This document shows positions 26,986 through 35,802 of a DNA stretch of 45,728 nucleotides, one piece after another. The notes below the pieces were generated by a model that did not search any database, was not told the origin of the DNA, and was given only the letters and a program-made list of their open reading frames with translations. How positions within the stretch are numbered: position 1 is the stretch's first letter; every line of letters begins with the position of its first letter. A program made the position numbers and the translations under genes. This stretch comes from Clostridia bacterium (GTDB lineage: Bacteria; Bacillota; Clostridia; Oscillospirales; CAG-272), in assembly GCA_017390195.1 (NCBI GenBank), contig JAFPCR010000015.1, positions 1 to 45,728 of the forward strand, given 5' to 3'.

Positions 26986-27010
26986 CAAGAAGTTAAAGGT
27001 GGCTACGGAA

Positions 27011-27859
27011 ATGATACAGAATAATTCAGGCAGTAACAGGATATTCGACCTGCTTGCCAAAATCATACTCGGTCTTTGCGGAATTTGTCTAATACTGTTT
27101 GTCGTTGTCCTGTTCCGTAACTGCTCGTGTGCGGGCGGTGGTGCACAGGAGACCGAAAAAGAAAGCAGAGAGACCGAAAGCTCATCGCAGATACCTGCAA
27201 ACAGCGTAATTCTTAACACCGTAAACGAATACGATCAAGCATATATTGACAGTATAATATTTTTCGGAGAATCGACTACCGCACATATGCGTAGCCGAGG
27301 AGTTCTTTCGGGCGGGACAAACACAAAGCAGGTATGGGCAGATTCCTCTAATACGATGATGCTCGATATAGACATTGGTATCAAAAGTATAGTTTACCCC
27401 GACACAGGTAAGGAAATGACGGTTGCAGATGCCGTTGCACAAAAGAAACCCAGATACATCGTTTTAACGTTTGGTCTTAACGGTATCGTAAGCTTTCATA
27501 ACAACCAACAGCTCTTTGTAGGGTCATACAAAAAGCTCATAGAAACTATACAGGAAAACTCTCCGAACACAAAGATAATCCTCCAATCCGCATTCCCTGT
27601 TGCAGAAGCCAAATATCAATCGTCGTGGGCGTACTCGGCATCTCCCGATATGATAAACGAGTATATCGATACACTCAACGAATGGGCAATAGATATAGCA
27701 AAGTCGTTTGAGAACGTAAAATATATTGATACTGCACAATTGCTCAAGGACGCAAACGGGTATCTTAGACCCGAGTATCAGACAGACGGTATCCATCTCA
27801 CGGCAGATGCGTATAGGGCTATCCTCAATTATATAGGCACACACAAATACACCGATTAA
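27011..27859 (+). CDS. Membrane-anchored SGNH/GDSL-family hydrolase
   Basis: Start at the ATG at 27011 (MIQNNSG), after the preceding gene ends. It has one N-terminal TM segment, block I FFGESTTAH (Ser nucleophile), block III GLNG and block V DGIHLT (DxxH). Confidence 0.7.
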   Translation: MIQNNSGSNRIFDLLAKIILGLCGICLILFVVVLFRNCSCAGGGAQETEKESRETESSSQIPANSVILNTVNEYDQAYIDSIIFFGESTTAHMRSRGVLSGGTNTKQVWADSSNTMMLDIDIGIKSIVYPDTGKEMTVADAVAQKKPRYIVLTFGLNGIVSFHNNQQLFVGSYKKLIETIQENSPNTKIILQSAFPVAEAKYQSSWAYSASPDMINEYIDTLNEWAIDIAKSFENVKYIDTAQLLKDANGYLRPEYQTDGIHLTADAYRAILNYIGTHKYTD

Positions 27860-27886
27860 AACAAGATCAAGGACGGAATTAAAAAG

Positions 27887-28390
27887 ATGAAAACAAAACT
27901 TATATCATCGGCACTTGCCGTATTAACATTGCTCTCTCTGTTAACACTTCTCTGCTCTTGCGGTGCAAGTGTCGAATACAAAGACGATATAACATCAACG
28001 CATATAGTATCCGAGCTTGAAAAGATCTTGCCCAAGGACGACGGCTATGAAAAGTACAGCTCTGCATGGGTGGAGATAAGAGGGTTCGACACCGAAAAAG
28101 CCGTTGATTTCTGCGTTACACACGCAACCGCCGACATGAATGAATTCGGAGTTTTCCGTGCAAAAAATTCTTCTGACGCAGAAGCAATAAAAAAATCTGT
28201 TGAAAAATATATCCGCAACAGCTATGAGGACAAAAAGCAGTATGCAAGTCAGTACAAGGGTGCAACTGAACTCGAAAAAATCGAGGGGTCTTTCGTCAAA
28301 GTTTATGGGAACTATGTAGTCTACGCATATCTGACAAAGGCTGACGGAAACACCGCAACTCAGGCGATCGAGAATATGCTCAAAAAATAA
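27887..28390 (+). CDS. Lipoprotein, DUF4358-like
   Basis: The signal peptide has the lipobox LLCSCG. Length 167 aa. The composition and length fit the DUF4358 proteins often found next to SGNH hydrolases in Clostridia. The family call is from memory. Confidence 0.55.
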   Translation: MKTKLISSALAVLTLLSLLTLLCSCGASVEYKDDITSTHIVSELEKILPKDDGYEKYSSAWVEIRGFDTEKAVDFCVTHATADMNEFGVFRAKNSSDAEAIKKSVEKYIRNSYEDKKQYASQYKGATELEKIEGSFVKVYGNYVVYAYLTKADGNTATQAIENMLKK

Positions 28391-28396
28391 ACCATA

Positions 28397-28437
28397 ATAA
28401 AAAACGGCTTGTTTGATCAAACAAGCCGTTTTTTATT
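28397..28437. terminator. Bidirectional terminator (DUF4358 gene / ispE)
   Basis: Perfect 26-nt palindrome ACGGCTTGTTTGA/TCAAACAAGCCGT (28404..28429) flanked by an A-run and a T-run. Confidence 0.8.
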
Positions 28438-28439
28438 CT

Positions 28440-29354
28440 TCAAACAGGTTTGCATAAAAATGCTTTTGCTCCGCAGCACTCAAGCTCCCTGCAAGCGTTT
28501 TCAGCACTTTGGGAGTTCTCAAATATTCCGAAAACAGAAGGTCCCGAGCCGCTCATCATAGCATTTAATGCTCCGTTTTTCTTCATTATCTCCTCAAGCT
28601 CCGAAACGAAACCGTTCACGCCGGCGATCACATCTTCGAACACATTGAACATATTGTCGCACACCCCTCTGAGATCTTGGTCTTTCAATGCGTTCAACAT
28701 AAAGCTCAGCCGTTTTTCGGATTCTTTTTCCAAATTGCGGTCCGAGAAATTATCGTATTTTTTGTCGAGTTCTCCAAATGCCCACGGAGTCTTTACCCCT
28801 TCGCCTTTGATCGCCACAACGATAAAGCATTTCGGAAGCTTTGGACATTCACCTAGCATCCCGCCGATCCCACGTGCTGTTTTAGTGCCTCCTATGAGGC
28901 AAAACGGCACGTCTGCTCCTATTTTTTCGGAGAGCTTTACCAGATCATCAAGTGACATCTTCTTGTCATCCTTGCATAAACGGTTCAAAATATTAAGCAC
29001 TGCCGCCGCATCTGCACTTCCGCCTGCCATTCCCGCAGGTGACGGGATATTCTTTTTTATCCTTATATCGATTTTTGCACACTCACCTATGCTTGTCAAA
29101 AATTCCTCTGCTGCACGGTATGCGATGTTCCCTTTTCCCGAAGGTATCTCTACGTTAATTCCATCACTTTCGCATGACACGGAAATAGTTGTTTTATCCG
29201 AACTTTCATAGTCTACCTCCACGGTATCACAAAGCGAGATCTGTTGCATTATGCCGCACAGATCGTGGTATCCGTCAGGACGTTTTCCGACAATATCCAA
29301 ATACAGGTTTATCTTGGCATATGCGTTGTCATATGCCGATGAAGCAGTTTGCAT
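28440..29354 (-). CDS. ispE: 4-diphosphocytidyl-2-C-methyl-D-erythritol kinase
   Basis: GHMP kinase motif IPSPAGMAGGSADAAAV and an N-terminal YAKINLYLDI. Confidence 0.9.
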   Translation of the reverse strand: MQTASSAYDNAYAKINLYLDIVGKRPDGYHDLCGIMQQISLCDTVEVDYESSDKTTISVSCESDGINVEIPSGKGNIAYRAAEEFLTSIGECAKIDIRIKKNIPSPAGMAGGSADAAAVLNILNRLCKDDKKMSLDDLVKLSEKIGADVPFCLIGGTKTARGIGGMLGECPKLPKCFIVVAIKGEGVKTPWAFGELDKKYDNFSDRNLEKESEKRLSFMLNALKDQDLRGVCDNMFNVFEDVIAGVNGFVSELEEIMKKNGALNAMMSGSGPSVFGIFENSQSAENACRELECCGAKAFLCKPV

Positions 29355-29504
29355 AGACCCTCCGTTCCGACGTTTGCAACAGGCAAACGTCTATATGAGT
29401 GAAAAAATCAAACGGCGTTTGGTTTTTTGTATCTTCACATTGTATAATAATATCATATTACCGTAAAAATTTCAATATTTTTTATTATACTCACTTTGTT
29501 GCTA

Positions 29505-29533
29505 TTGACTTTTGTTGCCTGAAAGGTTAAAAT
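29505..29533 (+). promoter_or_regulatory. Candidate sigma-A promoter for the AI-2E permease operon
   Basis: TTGACT (29505..29510), a 17-nt spacer, then TAAAAT (29528..29533). Confidence 0.5.
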
Positions 29534-29589
29534 ATATAGTAATTATAATTATAATATAATTTAATAGAGCAATTGTAACGGAGGGCATT

Positions 29590-31134
29590 ATGGACGATAT
29601 GCAAAAGAATAATAGCAGTAATATTTCCGATGACAATTATTATAATAATGACAAGCACAAGGATAACCGCTCCCCTGCAAAAAACGATTCAAGCAAGTCC
29701 TCTGTGCAAAAAGGCAGAAATCGCACAGACAGTTTTCAAAAGAAAAAAGAGGAGTCTGCCAAAGATCAATATAAAAACGAAGATCCCGATTTCGAAAGCG
29801 GGATAAAAAAGGGCGGAAGAGTGAAGACCGCAGTTGTCGTCACCTTTGCTGTTGTCTGCTTGCTTATATACACGATAGTCAACAATCAGGTCATAACAAA
29901 TTGGTTTGCTTGGCTTTTAGGTATACTTGCCCCCATTTTGATCGGTGCCGCAATAGCATATATTGTAAACCCCATCTTGCATTTCTTCGAATATGTCGTG
30001 TTCAAACGTATGAAGATAGGAAAGTTGAGACGTGCAGTTTCCATGTTTCTTACATACGTTTTGGTTATTTTGATCATATTCCTGCTTGTTATTATGATCT
30101 TGCCGGAATTGAGCAGTGCATTCGCAGACCTTACTTCAAGGCTCTCGCACTATATTGATAATGCGATTGCTATCATAAACAATACACTCAACGGGATTTT
30201 TAATACTAACAAAGAATATCTCAATTCCGATTACATAAACAAAATTTTGGAAGACTTTATAGGAAGTCTCGGCAATATCAGCGATTTCCTAAACATCTAC
30301 GGTCGTGACATCATGTCGGCAATAAGGTCTATATACGATGTGTTCTACAACATACTCTTCGGTCTCATAATCTCGTTCTATATACTTGCGACCAAGGAAA
30401 AACGTATTGCACAGATAAAGAAATTCTCCCGTGCGATGTTCAAGGAAAAGACCTACAACGCTATTATGTCAGTAGGAAACATAGCGAACCGTTGCTTTGG
30501 CGGATTTATCAAAGGGAAACTGTTTAATGCACTTATTATAGGAATCCTGTCTTATATAACGTTCGTTATTTTCGGTATCCCCTATCCTATCATTATTGCA
30601 GTGTTTGTCGGTGCGACAGATATAATTCCCGTATTCGGTCCGTTTATCGGAGGAATTCTCGCAGGAATAATCGTATTCTTTGTAAGTCCTAACTCTCTTT
30701 TGGTTTTTATTATCTTAGTTGTAGTTATTCAGCAAATAGACGGAAACTTCATAGGTCCGAAGATCCTCGGAAGCAGCACGGGTATAAGCTCCCTTGCCGT
30801 AATTTCTGCAATCTTGATCATGGGTGGAGTCTTCGGAATAGTCGGAATGCTTATCGGTGTTCCCTTGTTTGCTTTGATAATCGAGGTAGTTAAAAACATT
30901 GTCAACAGCAGGCTCAAAGACAAGGGATATCCTCATCGAACAGGCTATTATTATCCCGAAAATTCGATCGTGCGTTCCTCTGACGACAAGGAGGATATCC
31001 TGCACAAGAAGATGGCTATAAACCGTGCGATCGACTCGGTATGGGCAAGGATCAAAAAGAAAGTCAAGTCACGTTCGGACAACAAAGGCAACTATAACAA
31101 GGACAAAGACAAGGATAAAAAAGATAAGAAATAA
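29590..31134 (+). CDS. AI-2E family transporter (PerM/YtvI-like permease) with low-complexity termini
   Basis: The polytopic core (about residues 85-440) resembles PF01594 members (..ATDIIPVFGPFIGG..). It has an N/K/D/S-rich N-terminal segment of about 80 aa and a KDKDKDKKDKK tail. Confidence 0.85.
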   Translation: MDDMQKNNSSNISDDNYYNNDKHKDNRSPAKNDSSKSSVQKGRNRTDSFQKKKEESAKDQYKNEDPDFESGIKKGGRVKTAVVVTFAVVCLLIYTIVNNQVITNWFAWLLGILAPILIGAAIAYIVNPILHFFEYVVFKRMKIGKLRRAVSMFLTYVLVILIIFLLVIMILPELSSAFADLTSRLSHYIDNAIAIINNTLNGIFNTNKEYLNSDYINKILEDFIGSLGNISDFLNIYGRDIMSAIRSIYDVFYNILFGLIISFYILATKEKRIAQIKKFSRAMFKEKTYNAIMSVGNIANRCFGGFIKGKLFNALIIGILSYITFVIFGIPYPIIIAVFVGATDIIPVFGPFIGGILAGIIVFFVSPNSLLVFIILVVVIQQIDGNFIGPKILGSSTGISSLAVISAILIMGGVFGIVGMLIGVPLFALIIEVVKNIVNSRLKDKGYPHRTGYYYPENSIVRSSDDKEDILHKKMAINRAIDSVWARIKKKVKSRSDNKGNYNKDKDKDKKDKK

Positions 31135-31158
31135 ACTCTCTGTATCAAGGTTTAATTT

Positions 31159-32166
31159 ATGACAAGATATAAAACCATTAAGAACGACATAGTAACCCCT
31201 CCCCTATCTAACGGCCTGTGCCGTGATTTAAACAATATTCTCAAGGATCTTGATGCAATAGACCATAGCGAGAGCAGACTTTTGGAATTGAGAACGGCGA
31301 AGATCAGGGAGATCGTACGAACGATACTGTCGAATCCGTTAGAACGAGAATGTATTTTTGACTTCTTTAAGCAACTGCGTCCCAAGCTTGATCTTAGTTC
31401 GAGCGATGCCTGCCATCTTAATTTTAATGAGCTTAATATGTTCTTTCGCCGTCTTTCTGCGATGGAGAGAATTACCGCTTGCCGTGAAATGTTCAAAATG
31501 GCGGCAAGACGGCGTAAGGTATCTATCTATGATTTCTTGGATGAGCCGTCAGAACAGGTGCCGAGCGAGTCAAAAGGAAAGATATCATACTTTAAAAATT
31601 CTTATGCGGATGAGGCTTTTATCGTATTCAATGAAAAATTCGGAGATCTGCGTTCTTCATATGCCGAATCATTTGCTCGGGCTTGTGAAAATGTGTACGA
31701 TGGTACTTGCGAATATTGTATCTTACCCATAGAAAGCTCAAAAGACGGAAAGCTTTCAACATTTTATTCACTGATAGACAAATACGAATTGAAAATAGAG
31801 GCGGTATGTGACATTGAGTTTAATGATACAGATCACAGTACGTCATTCGCTCTTCTGAAAAAGTCAATACGAAATATGTGGAGCGACAGTATGTCTAATA
31901 TGTTCTTCGAGATACGGTTTACTGTAGATCAACAATCCAAAATGTCACTGGCAGATATACTCACCGCCGCAGAATACTGTTCGATGCGTATTATAAAAAT
32001 AGATTCAGTTCCTCTGCCCTATTCCGACAAAGAATTTTCGCACTATATAGTGTTCGGAATAGACAGTGCAGAGCTTGTTCCGTTTCTGTTGTATCTTCTA
32101 ATCGATGCTCAGCATTGTATTCCAATAGGGATTTATAAAAAAATACGTCCCAAAAACTCTAAATAA
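31159..32166 (+). CDS. Prephenate dehydratase-like (lobe 1 only) plus ACT-like domain protein; probably non-catalytic
   Basis: KISYFKNSYADEAF...CEYCILPIESSKDGKLSTFYSLI aligns with the PDT N-lobe (GxxGxFS..vPiENSxxGxV). TSFALL sits in place of TRFxxL. The ACT-like C-terminus has IDSVP in place of ESRP. About 90 aa of PDT lobe 2 are missing. Confidence 0.5.
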   Translation: MTRYKTIKNDIVTPPLSNGLCRDLNNILKDLDAIDHSESRLLELRTAKIREIVRTILSNPLERECIFDFFKQLRPKLDLSSSDACHLNFNELNMFFRRLSAMERITACREMFKMAARRRKVSIYDFLDEPSEQVPSESKGKISYFKNSYADEAFIVFNEKFGDLRSSYAESFARACENVYDGTCEYCILPIESSKDGKLSTFYSLIDKYELKIEAVCDIEFNDTDHSTSFALLKKSIRNMWSDSMSNMFFEIRFTVDQQSKMSLADILTAAEYCSMRIIKIDSVPLPYSDKEFSHYIVFGIDSAELVPFLLYLLIDAQHCIPIGIYKKIRPKNSK

Positions 32167-32193
32167 TTTTTTACTGAAAAGGAAGGATATTCA

Positions 32194-32463
32194 ATGGATC
32201 AGATATCTTACTCACCTAAAGGCGTTTGCAGCCGAAAAATAGATATAACCGTAGACAAAGACAGCGGAGTTATCGACTCTGTTAAATTCACAGGCGGATG
32301 TGCAGGAAATACTCAAGGTGTCGCATCCCTTCTTGTTGGTATGAAGGTCGAGGATGCAATCTCGAGACTCGACGGAATAAGATGCGGATATAAGAACACG
32401 TCATGTCCCGATCAGCTTGCACAGGCACTGAAAGGATATTTGAATAACAATTCTAACAATTAA
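32194..32463 (+). CDS. TIGR03905-family four-cysteine TSCPD-domain protein
   Basis: 89 aa with FTGGCAGNTQG, GIRCGYKNTSCPDQLAQAL and an N-terminal GVCSR. AAGGAAGG RBS. Confidence 0.75.
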   Translation: MDQISYSPKGVCSRKIDITVDKDSGVIDSVKFTGGCAGNTQGVASLLVGMKVEDAISRLDGIRCGYKNTSCPDQLAQALKGYLNNNSNN

Positions 32464-32489
32464 GATCATCAATCAAGGAGCAATACAGA

Positions 32490-34214
32490 ATGTCAAATTA
32501 CACTGATAACTATTCAAAATGGCTTAACTGCGATATGCTTTCAAGCGAAGAAAAAGCAGAGCTTCTCGCAATCGCCGACAACGACTCGGAGAAAAAATCG
32601 AGATTTTCATCATATCTTTCGTTCGGCACTGCCGGACTCAGAGGCATAATGAAAACGGGTATGAATGCGATGAACATACATACAGTCGGTTATGCTACAC
32701 AGGGTATAGCTAACCTCATTATAAAGGAGAACAGAGTAAGCAGCGGAGCCGTTATTGCATACGACAGCCGCAACAACTCCGAGAAGTTCGCCAAAGTAGC
32801 CGCTTGCGTTCTTGCGGCTAACGGTATAACCACATATATATTTGACGGAGTAAGACCCACTCCCGAACTGTCTTTTGCTCTGCGTGAACTCAAATGTGTA
32901 GCGGGAATAAATATTACCGCTTCACACAACCCCAAGGAATACAACGGATACAAGGCTTACTGGGAAGACGGAGCACAGCTCCCTCCCGAGCATGCCGATA
33001 CCGTATCAAAGGAAATCGCAAAGCTCGACATATTTACCGATATTCGCACGACCGATTTTGATGAATCCGTAAAGAACGGTAAGATCAAGATCATCGGAGA
33101 TGAGATAGATGAGAAATATCTTGAGCAGGTTTTGATGCAGAGGGTAAACCCGAGTGCAATAGCTGCGGTTGCCGATGAACTCAAGATCGTATACACTCCC
33201 CTTCACGGTGCAGGACATAAACTTGTACCCGAGATTCTCAAAAGAAGCGGACTGAAGCACCTTTACACAGTATCTGAACAAATGGTGCTTGACGGAAACT
33301 TCCCCACGGTAAAGAAGCCCAACCCCGAGATCAGCGACGTATTTGACCTCGGAGTTAAGATCGCACAGAATATAGGAAGCGATCTCGTTGTTGCAACAGA
33401 CCCCGATGCCGACCGTGTAGGTGTCGTATCAAAGACAACTGACGGAAATTTTGTAACGATCAGTGGAAACCAGATGGGAGCATTGTTGCTCGATTATATA
33501 ATTACCGCATACGAAGAAACAAACACTATGCCCGACTCGCCCTATGCGGTTAAGACAATAGTTACTTCTGAACTTGCAACAAAGATATGCAATGCCCACG
33601 GAGTGCATATTTATAATGTTCTGACAGGATTTAAGTTTATAGGAGAGGTCATAAAGAAACACGAGCAGGCAGGAAAAGGATTCTACCTTCTCGGCTTTGA
33701 GGAAAGCTACGGATATCTTAAAGGAACATATGCACGTGACAAGGATGCTGTTGTAGCATCTATGCTTATCTGTGAAATGGCGGCTTTCTACAAGGCAAAG
33801 AATATGACTTTGCTTGATGCACTCAACGGTCTGTATGAGAAATACGGATTCTCTTATGAGACAAATATCGAGATCAATATGGACGGAGTCGACGGAAGCG
33901 AACGTATGGCGGCACTCATGGTATCACTGCGTGAGAACTCTCCAAAGTGCTTCGGCGGTGTTGATGTAGCCGTAGTAGGTGATTACCTCAAAGAGACAAT
34001 CACTGACTTGAATACAAAAGAGGTGGCTCCTACGGGACTTCCTAAATCAAACGTTCTCTATTATAAGCTGACAAACGGTGATGTCATCGTTGCAAGACCG
34101 TCGGGAACAGAACCTAAGGTCAAATTCTACTTCCTGCTCTCGGGAAAAGATTCCTCAGAGACAACTAAAAAGTTTGAAGCCTATAAAGAAACCGTATCGG
34201 TCTTGATTAAATAA
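32490..34214 (+). CDS. pgcA: Phosphoglucomutase / phospho-sugar mutase (PgcA-type, about 570 aa)
   Basis: Active-site phosphoserine loop TASHNPKEYNGYK, metal-binding loop ATDPDADRVG and sugar loop GFEESYGY. Confidence 0.9.
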   Translation: MSNYTDNYSKWLNCDMLSSEEKAELLAIADNDSEKKSRFSSYLSFGTAGLRGIMKTGMNAMNIHTVGYATQGIANLIIKENRVSSGAVIAYDSRNNSEKFAKVAACVLAANGITTYIFDGVRPTPELSFALRELKCVAGINITASHNPKEYNGYKAYWEDGAQLPPEHADTVSKEIAKLDIFTDIRTTDFDESVKNGKIKIIGDEIDEKYLEQVLMQRVNPSAIAAVADELKIVYTPLHGAGHKLVPEILKRSGLKHLYTVSEQMVLDGNFPTVKKPNPEISDVFDLGVKIAQNIGSDLVVATDPDADRVGVVSKTTDGNFVTISGNQMGALLLDYIITAYEETNTMPDSPYAVKTIVTSELATKICNAHGVHIYNVLTGFKFIGEVIKKHEQAGKGFYLLGFEESYGYLKGTYARDKDAVVASMLICEMAAFYKAKNMTLLDALNGLYEKYGFSYETNIEINMDGVDGSERMAALMVSLRENSPKCFGGVDVAVVGDYLKETITDLNTKEVAPTGLPKSNVLYYKLTNGDVIVARPSGTEPKVKFYFLLSGKDSSETTKKFEAYKETVSVLIK

Positions 34215-34225
34215 ACAATACAAAA

Positions 34226-34264
34226 AGAGGTAAACTCGTTTTTTATGAGTTTGCCTCTTTTTCT
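34226..34264. terminator. Bidirectional terminator (pgcA / cyclase gene)
   Basis: AGAGGTAAACTC-gttttttat-GAGTTTGCCTCT (one G-U pair) with an A-run upstream and a T-run downstream. Confidence 0.7.
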
Positions 34265-34278
34265 ATATTATATAACAT

Positions 34279-34854
34279 TTACTCCTGAATAAGAACAGCT
34301 CGGCAGGGAGAACCGTCCAGATCCCTCATCTTCAAAGGAAACGCACACAAAGTATACTCTCCTTCACCGACGGCATCAAGCTTTAATCCCTCTAAAATCA
34401 CAACTTCCGATTCGAGCAAAACTTTATGTGCCGATTGACAATCGTGAGCGACTGCGACACTTTGGTTCTCAACTCCGACAAGAACCATACCACGTTTGAC
34501 ACTCTCCTCTGCTCCGTCTGCCGTAAAGGTTGCTCTACCCTTAACGAGCAGACGTTTAACACCTATCGGCACTTTCGATGTGATAAAGCCCGAGTCTATA
34601 CTGTCGTCGTTGCACTCAACTACAAGTGCTTTGCCGTAACACTTTTCAAGATCTATGGCATCAACACCGTACCCGCTGTCGATAAAGTGAAACGGTGCGT
34701 CGATATGGGTAGCGTTGTGAACGCACATTGATACAGCGGTAAGATTACAAACTGCGTCATTCGATATTGACATTATTCGCTTTGCCTCGGGGCTTGGGTC
34801 GCCCTGAAAGACCACCGCCGAAAAGAGTTCACGTGTTATATCTATTATTTTCAT
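34279..34854 (-). CDS. Cyclase-family protein (kynurenine formamidase-like metal hydrolase, PF04199)
   Basis: MKIIDITRE... is the N-terminus, and the metal-binding motif is HNATHIDAPFHF. The preferred start is the ATG at 34854, with GAGGGG upstream. An upstream ATG at 34872 overlaps the regulator's stop codon by 1 nt. Confidence 0.8.
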   Translation of the reverse strand: MKIIDITRELFSAVVFQGDPSPEAKRIMSISNDAVCNLTAVSMCVHNATHIDAPFHFIDSGYGVDAIDLEKCYGKALVVECNDDSIDSGFITSKVPIGVKRLLVKGRATFTADGAEESVKRGMVLVGVENQSVAVAHDCQSAHKVLLESEVVILEGLKLDAVGEGEYTLCAFPLKMRDLDGSPCRAVLIQE

Positions 34855-34871
34855 ATAAGCAATTCCCCTCA

Positions 34872-35756
34872 TCAGTCGCCTGAAAGCAATTTTTCAAGCT
34901 GACGCATTTTGTTGTTTGAATGATCGTAAGCACCGTGGTAATCGTCAAGATTCTTAAAGCATTCCTCAAAGTCGCAATATATGTCATAAAGAACTGTAGG
35001 CGGGATCTTGTCTACACTGACAAACAGCTCGTCAAGTTGTTTCAAGGCTTCGGAATAATTTCTACCTTTCATACATCTCTTGATCTCTATATGCTTTTGA
35101 AAAAACTCCGTGCAAGTGTCCTGAGCTATTCTTCCACTGTCGAATGCACCGTTCTCAACGCCTTCAAGTGCAAGAATATAATTACAAAAGATATCATTAC
35201 AAACTACAATCGACGTTGATACATCATCAATGATATCCGAATTGAGCGTGGGAGATATCTTTCCTATATATCTAAAGCAAATACAGCACATACTTTCAAC
35301 TTCCGAGGTTCTATATACCGTCTTTTTAGCATATTCAAGCGATTCGTCGAGGTATCTTCTCGCATTGTGAAGATTTCCCGACAGTATTGCGTCGGTCGCT
35401 ATTCCGAAATCACACTCGGATATTATGTAATTTATCTCGTCATCGCTTTCATCAATCTCGCTTAATTTTGAGCATAAGCTTCTCGCAATTAAAAATTCAC
35501 GGTCGGAATATGCCTTTTTTATGTCGCTGATTATCGATATTTTTTGATACAAAAAAGCATCTTTATCATCTGCCAGCAAATACCCTGCCGGAATATTCAA
35601 TCTGTCTGCCAAGTAAACGACAGTCGGTACGGACGGTAATGCCGCACCGTTCTCTATTCTGCTCAGCATATTACGGGTTATCATATCCCCCGCCAACTGC
35701 TGTTGTGTCATCATCTTAGACTGACGCAGATCCTTTATCTTTTCTCCTATATTCAT
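34872..35756 (-). CDS. XRE-family HTH transcriptional regulator with an all-helical (TPR-like) C-terminal domain of about 230 aa
   Basis: The N-terminus IKDLRQSKMMTQQQLAGDMITRNMLSRIENGAALPSVPTVVYLADRLNIP is a Cro/C1-type HTH. The remainder is helical and repeat-like, so the architecture resembles Rgg/RNPP-type receptors. Confidence 0.8.
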   Translation of the reverse strand: MNIGEKIKDLRQSKMMTQQQLAGDMITRNMLSRIENGAALPSVPTVVYLADRLNIPAGYLLADDKDAFLYQKISIISDIKKAYSDREFLIARSLCSKLSEIDESDDEINYIISECDFGIATDAILSGNLHNARRYLDESLEYAKKTVYRTSEVESMCCICFRYIGKISPTLNSDIIDDVSTSIVVCNDIFCNYILALEGVENGAFDSGRIAQDTCTEFFQKHIEIKRCMKGRNYSEALKQLDELFVSVDKIPPTVLYDIYCDFEECFKNLDDYHGAYDHSNNKMRQLEKLLSGD

Positions 35757-35776
35757 ATGTTAAATGCCTCTCTGTG

Positions 35777-35801
35777 AAAAAGTAAATAATATTTACTTTT
35801 T
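35777..35801. promoter_or_regulatory. Perfect 25-nt palindrome; candidate operator of the XRE regulator
   Basis: aaaaagtaaata-a-tatttacttttt has 12-bp arms, a 1-nt centre and no mismatch. It starts 1 nt downstream of the predicted -10 box, so it spans the predicted transcription start. Confidence 0.4.
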
Positions 35802-35802
35802 G

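Noticed and set aside
26870-27010. Upstream extension of the SGNH hydrolase ORF that overlaps the preceding membrane-protein gene by 116 nt.
   Set aside because: The overlap is in a different frame from a coherent 4-TM protein. The ATG at 27011 follows that gene's stop and begins a sensible cytoplasmic-tail plus TM anchor.
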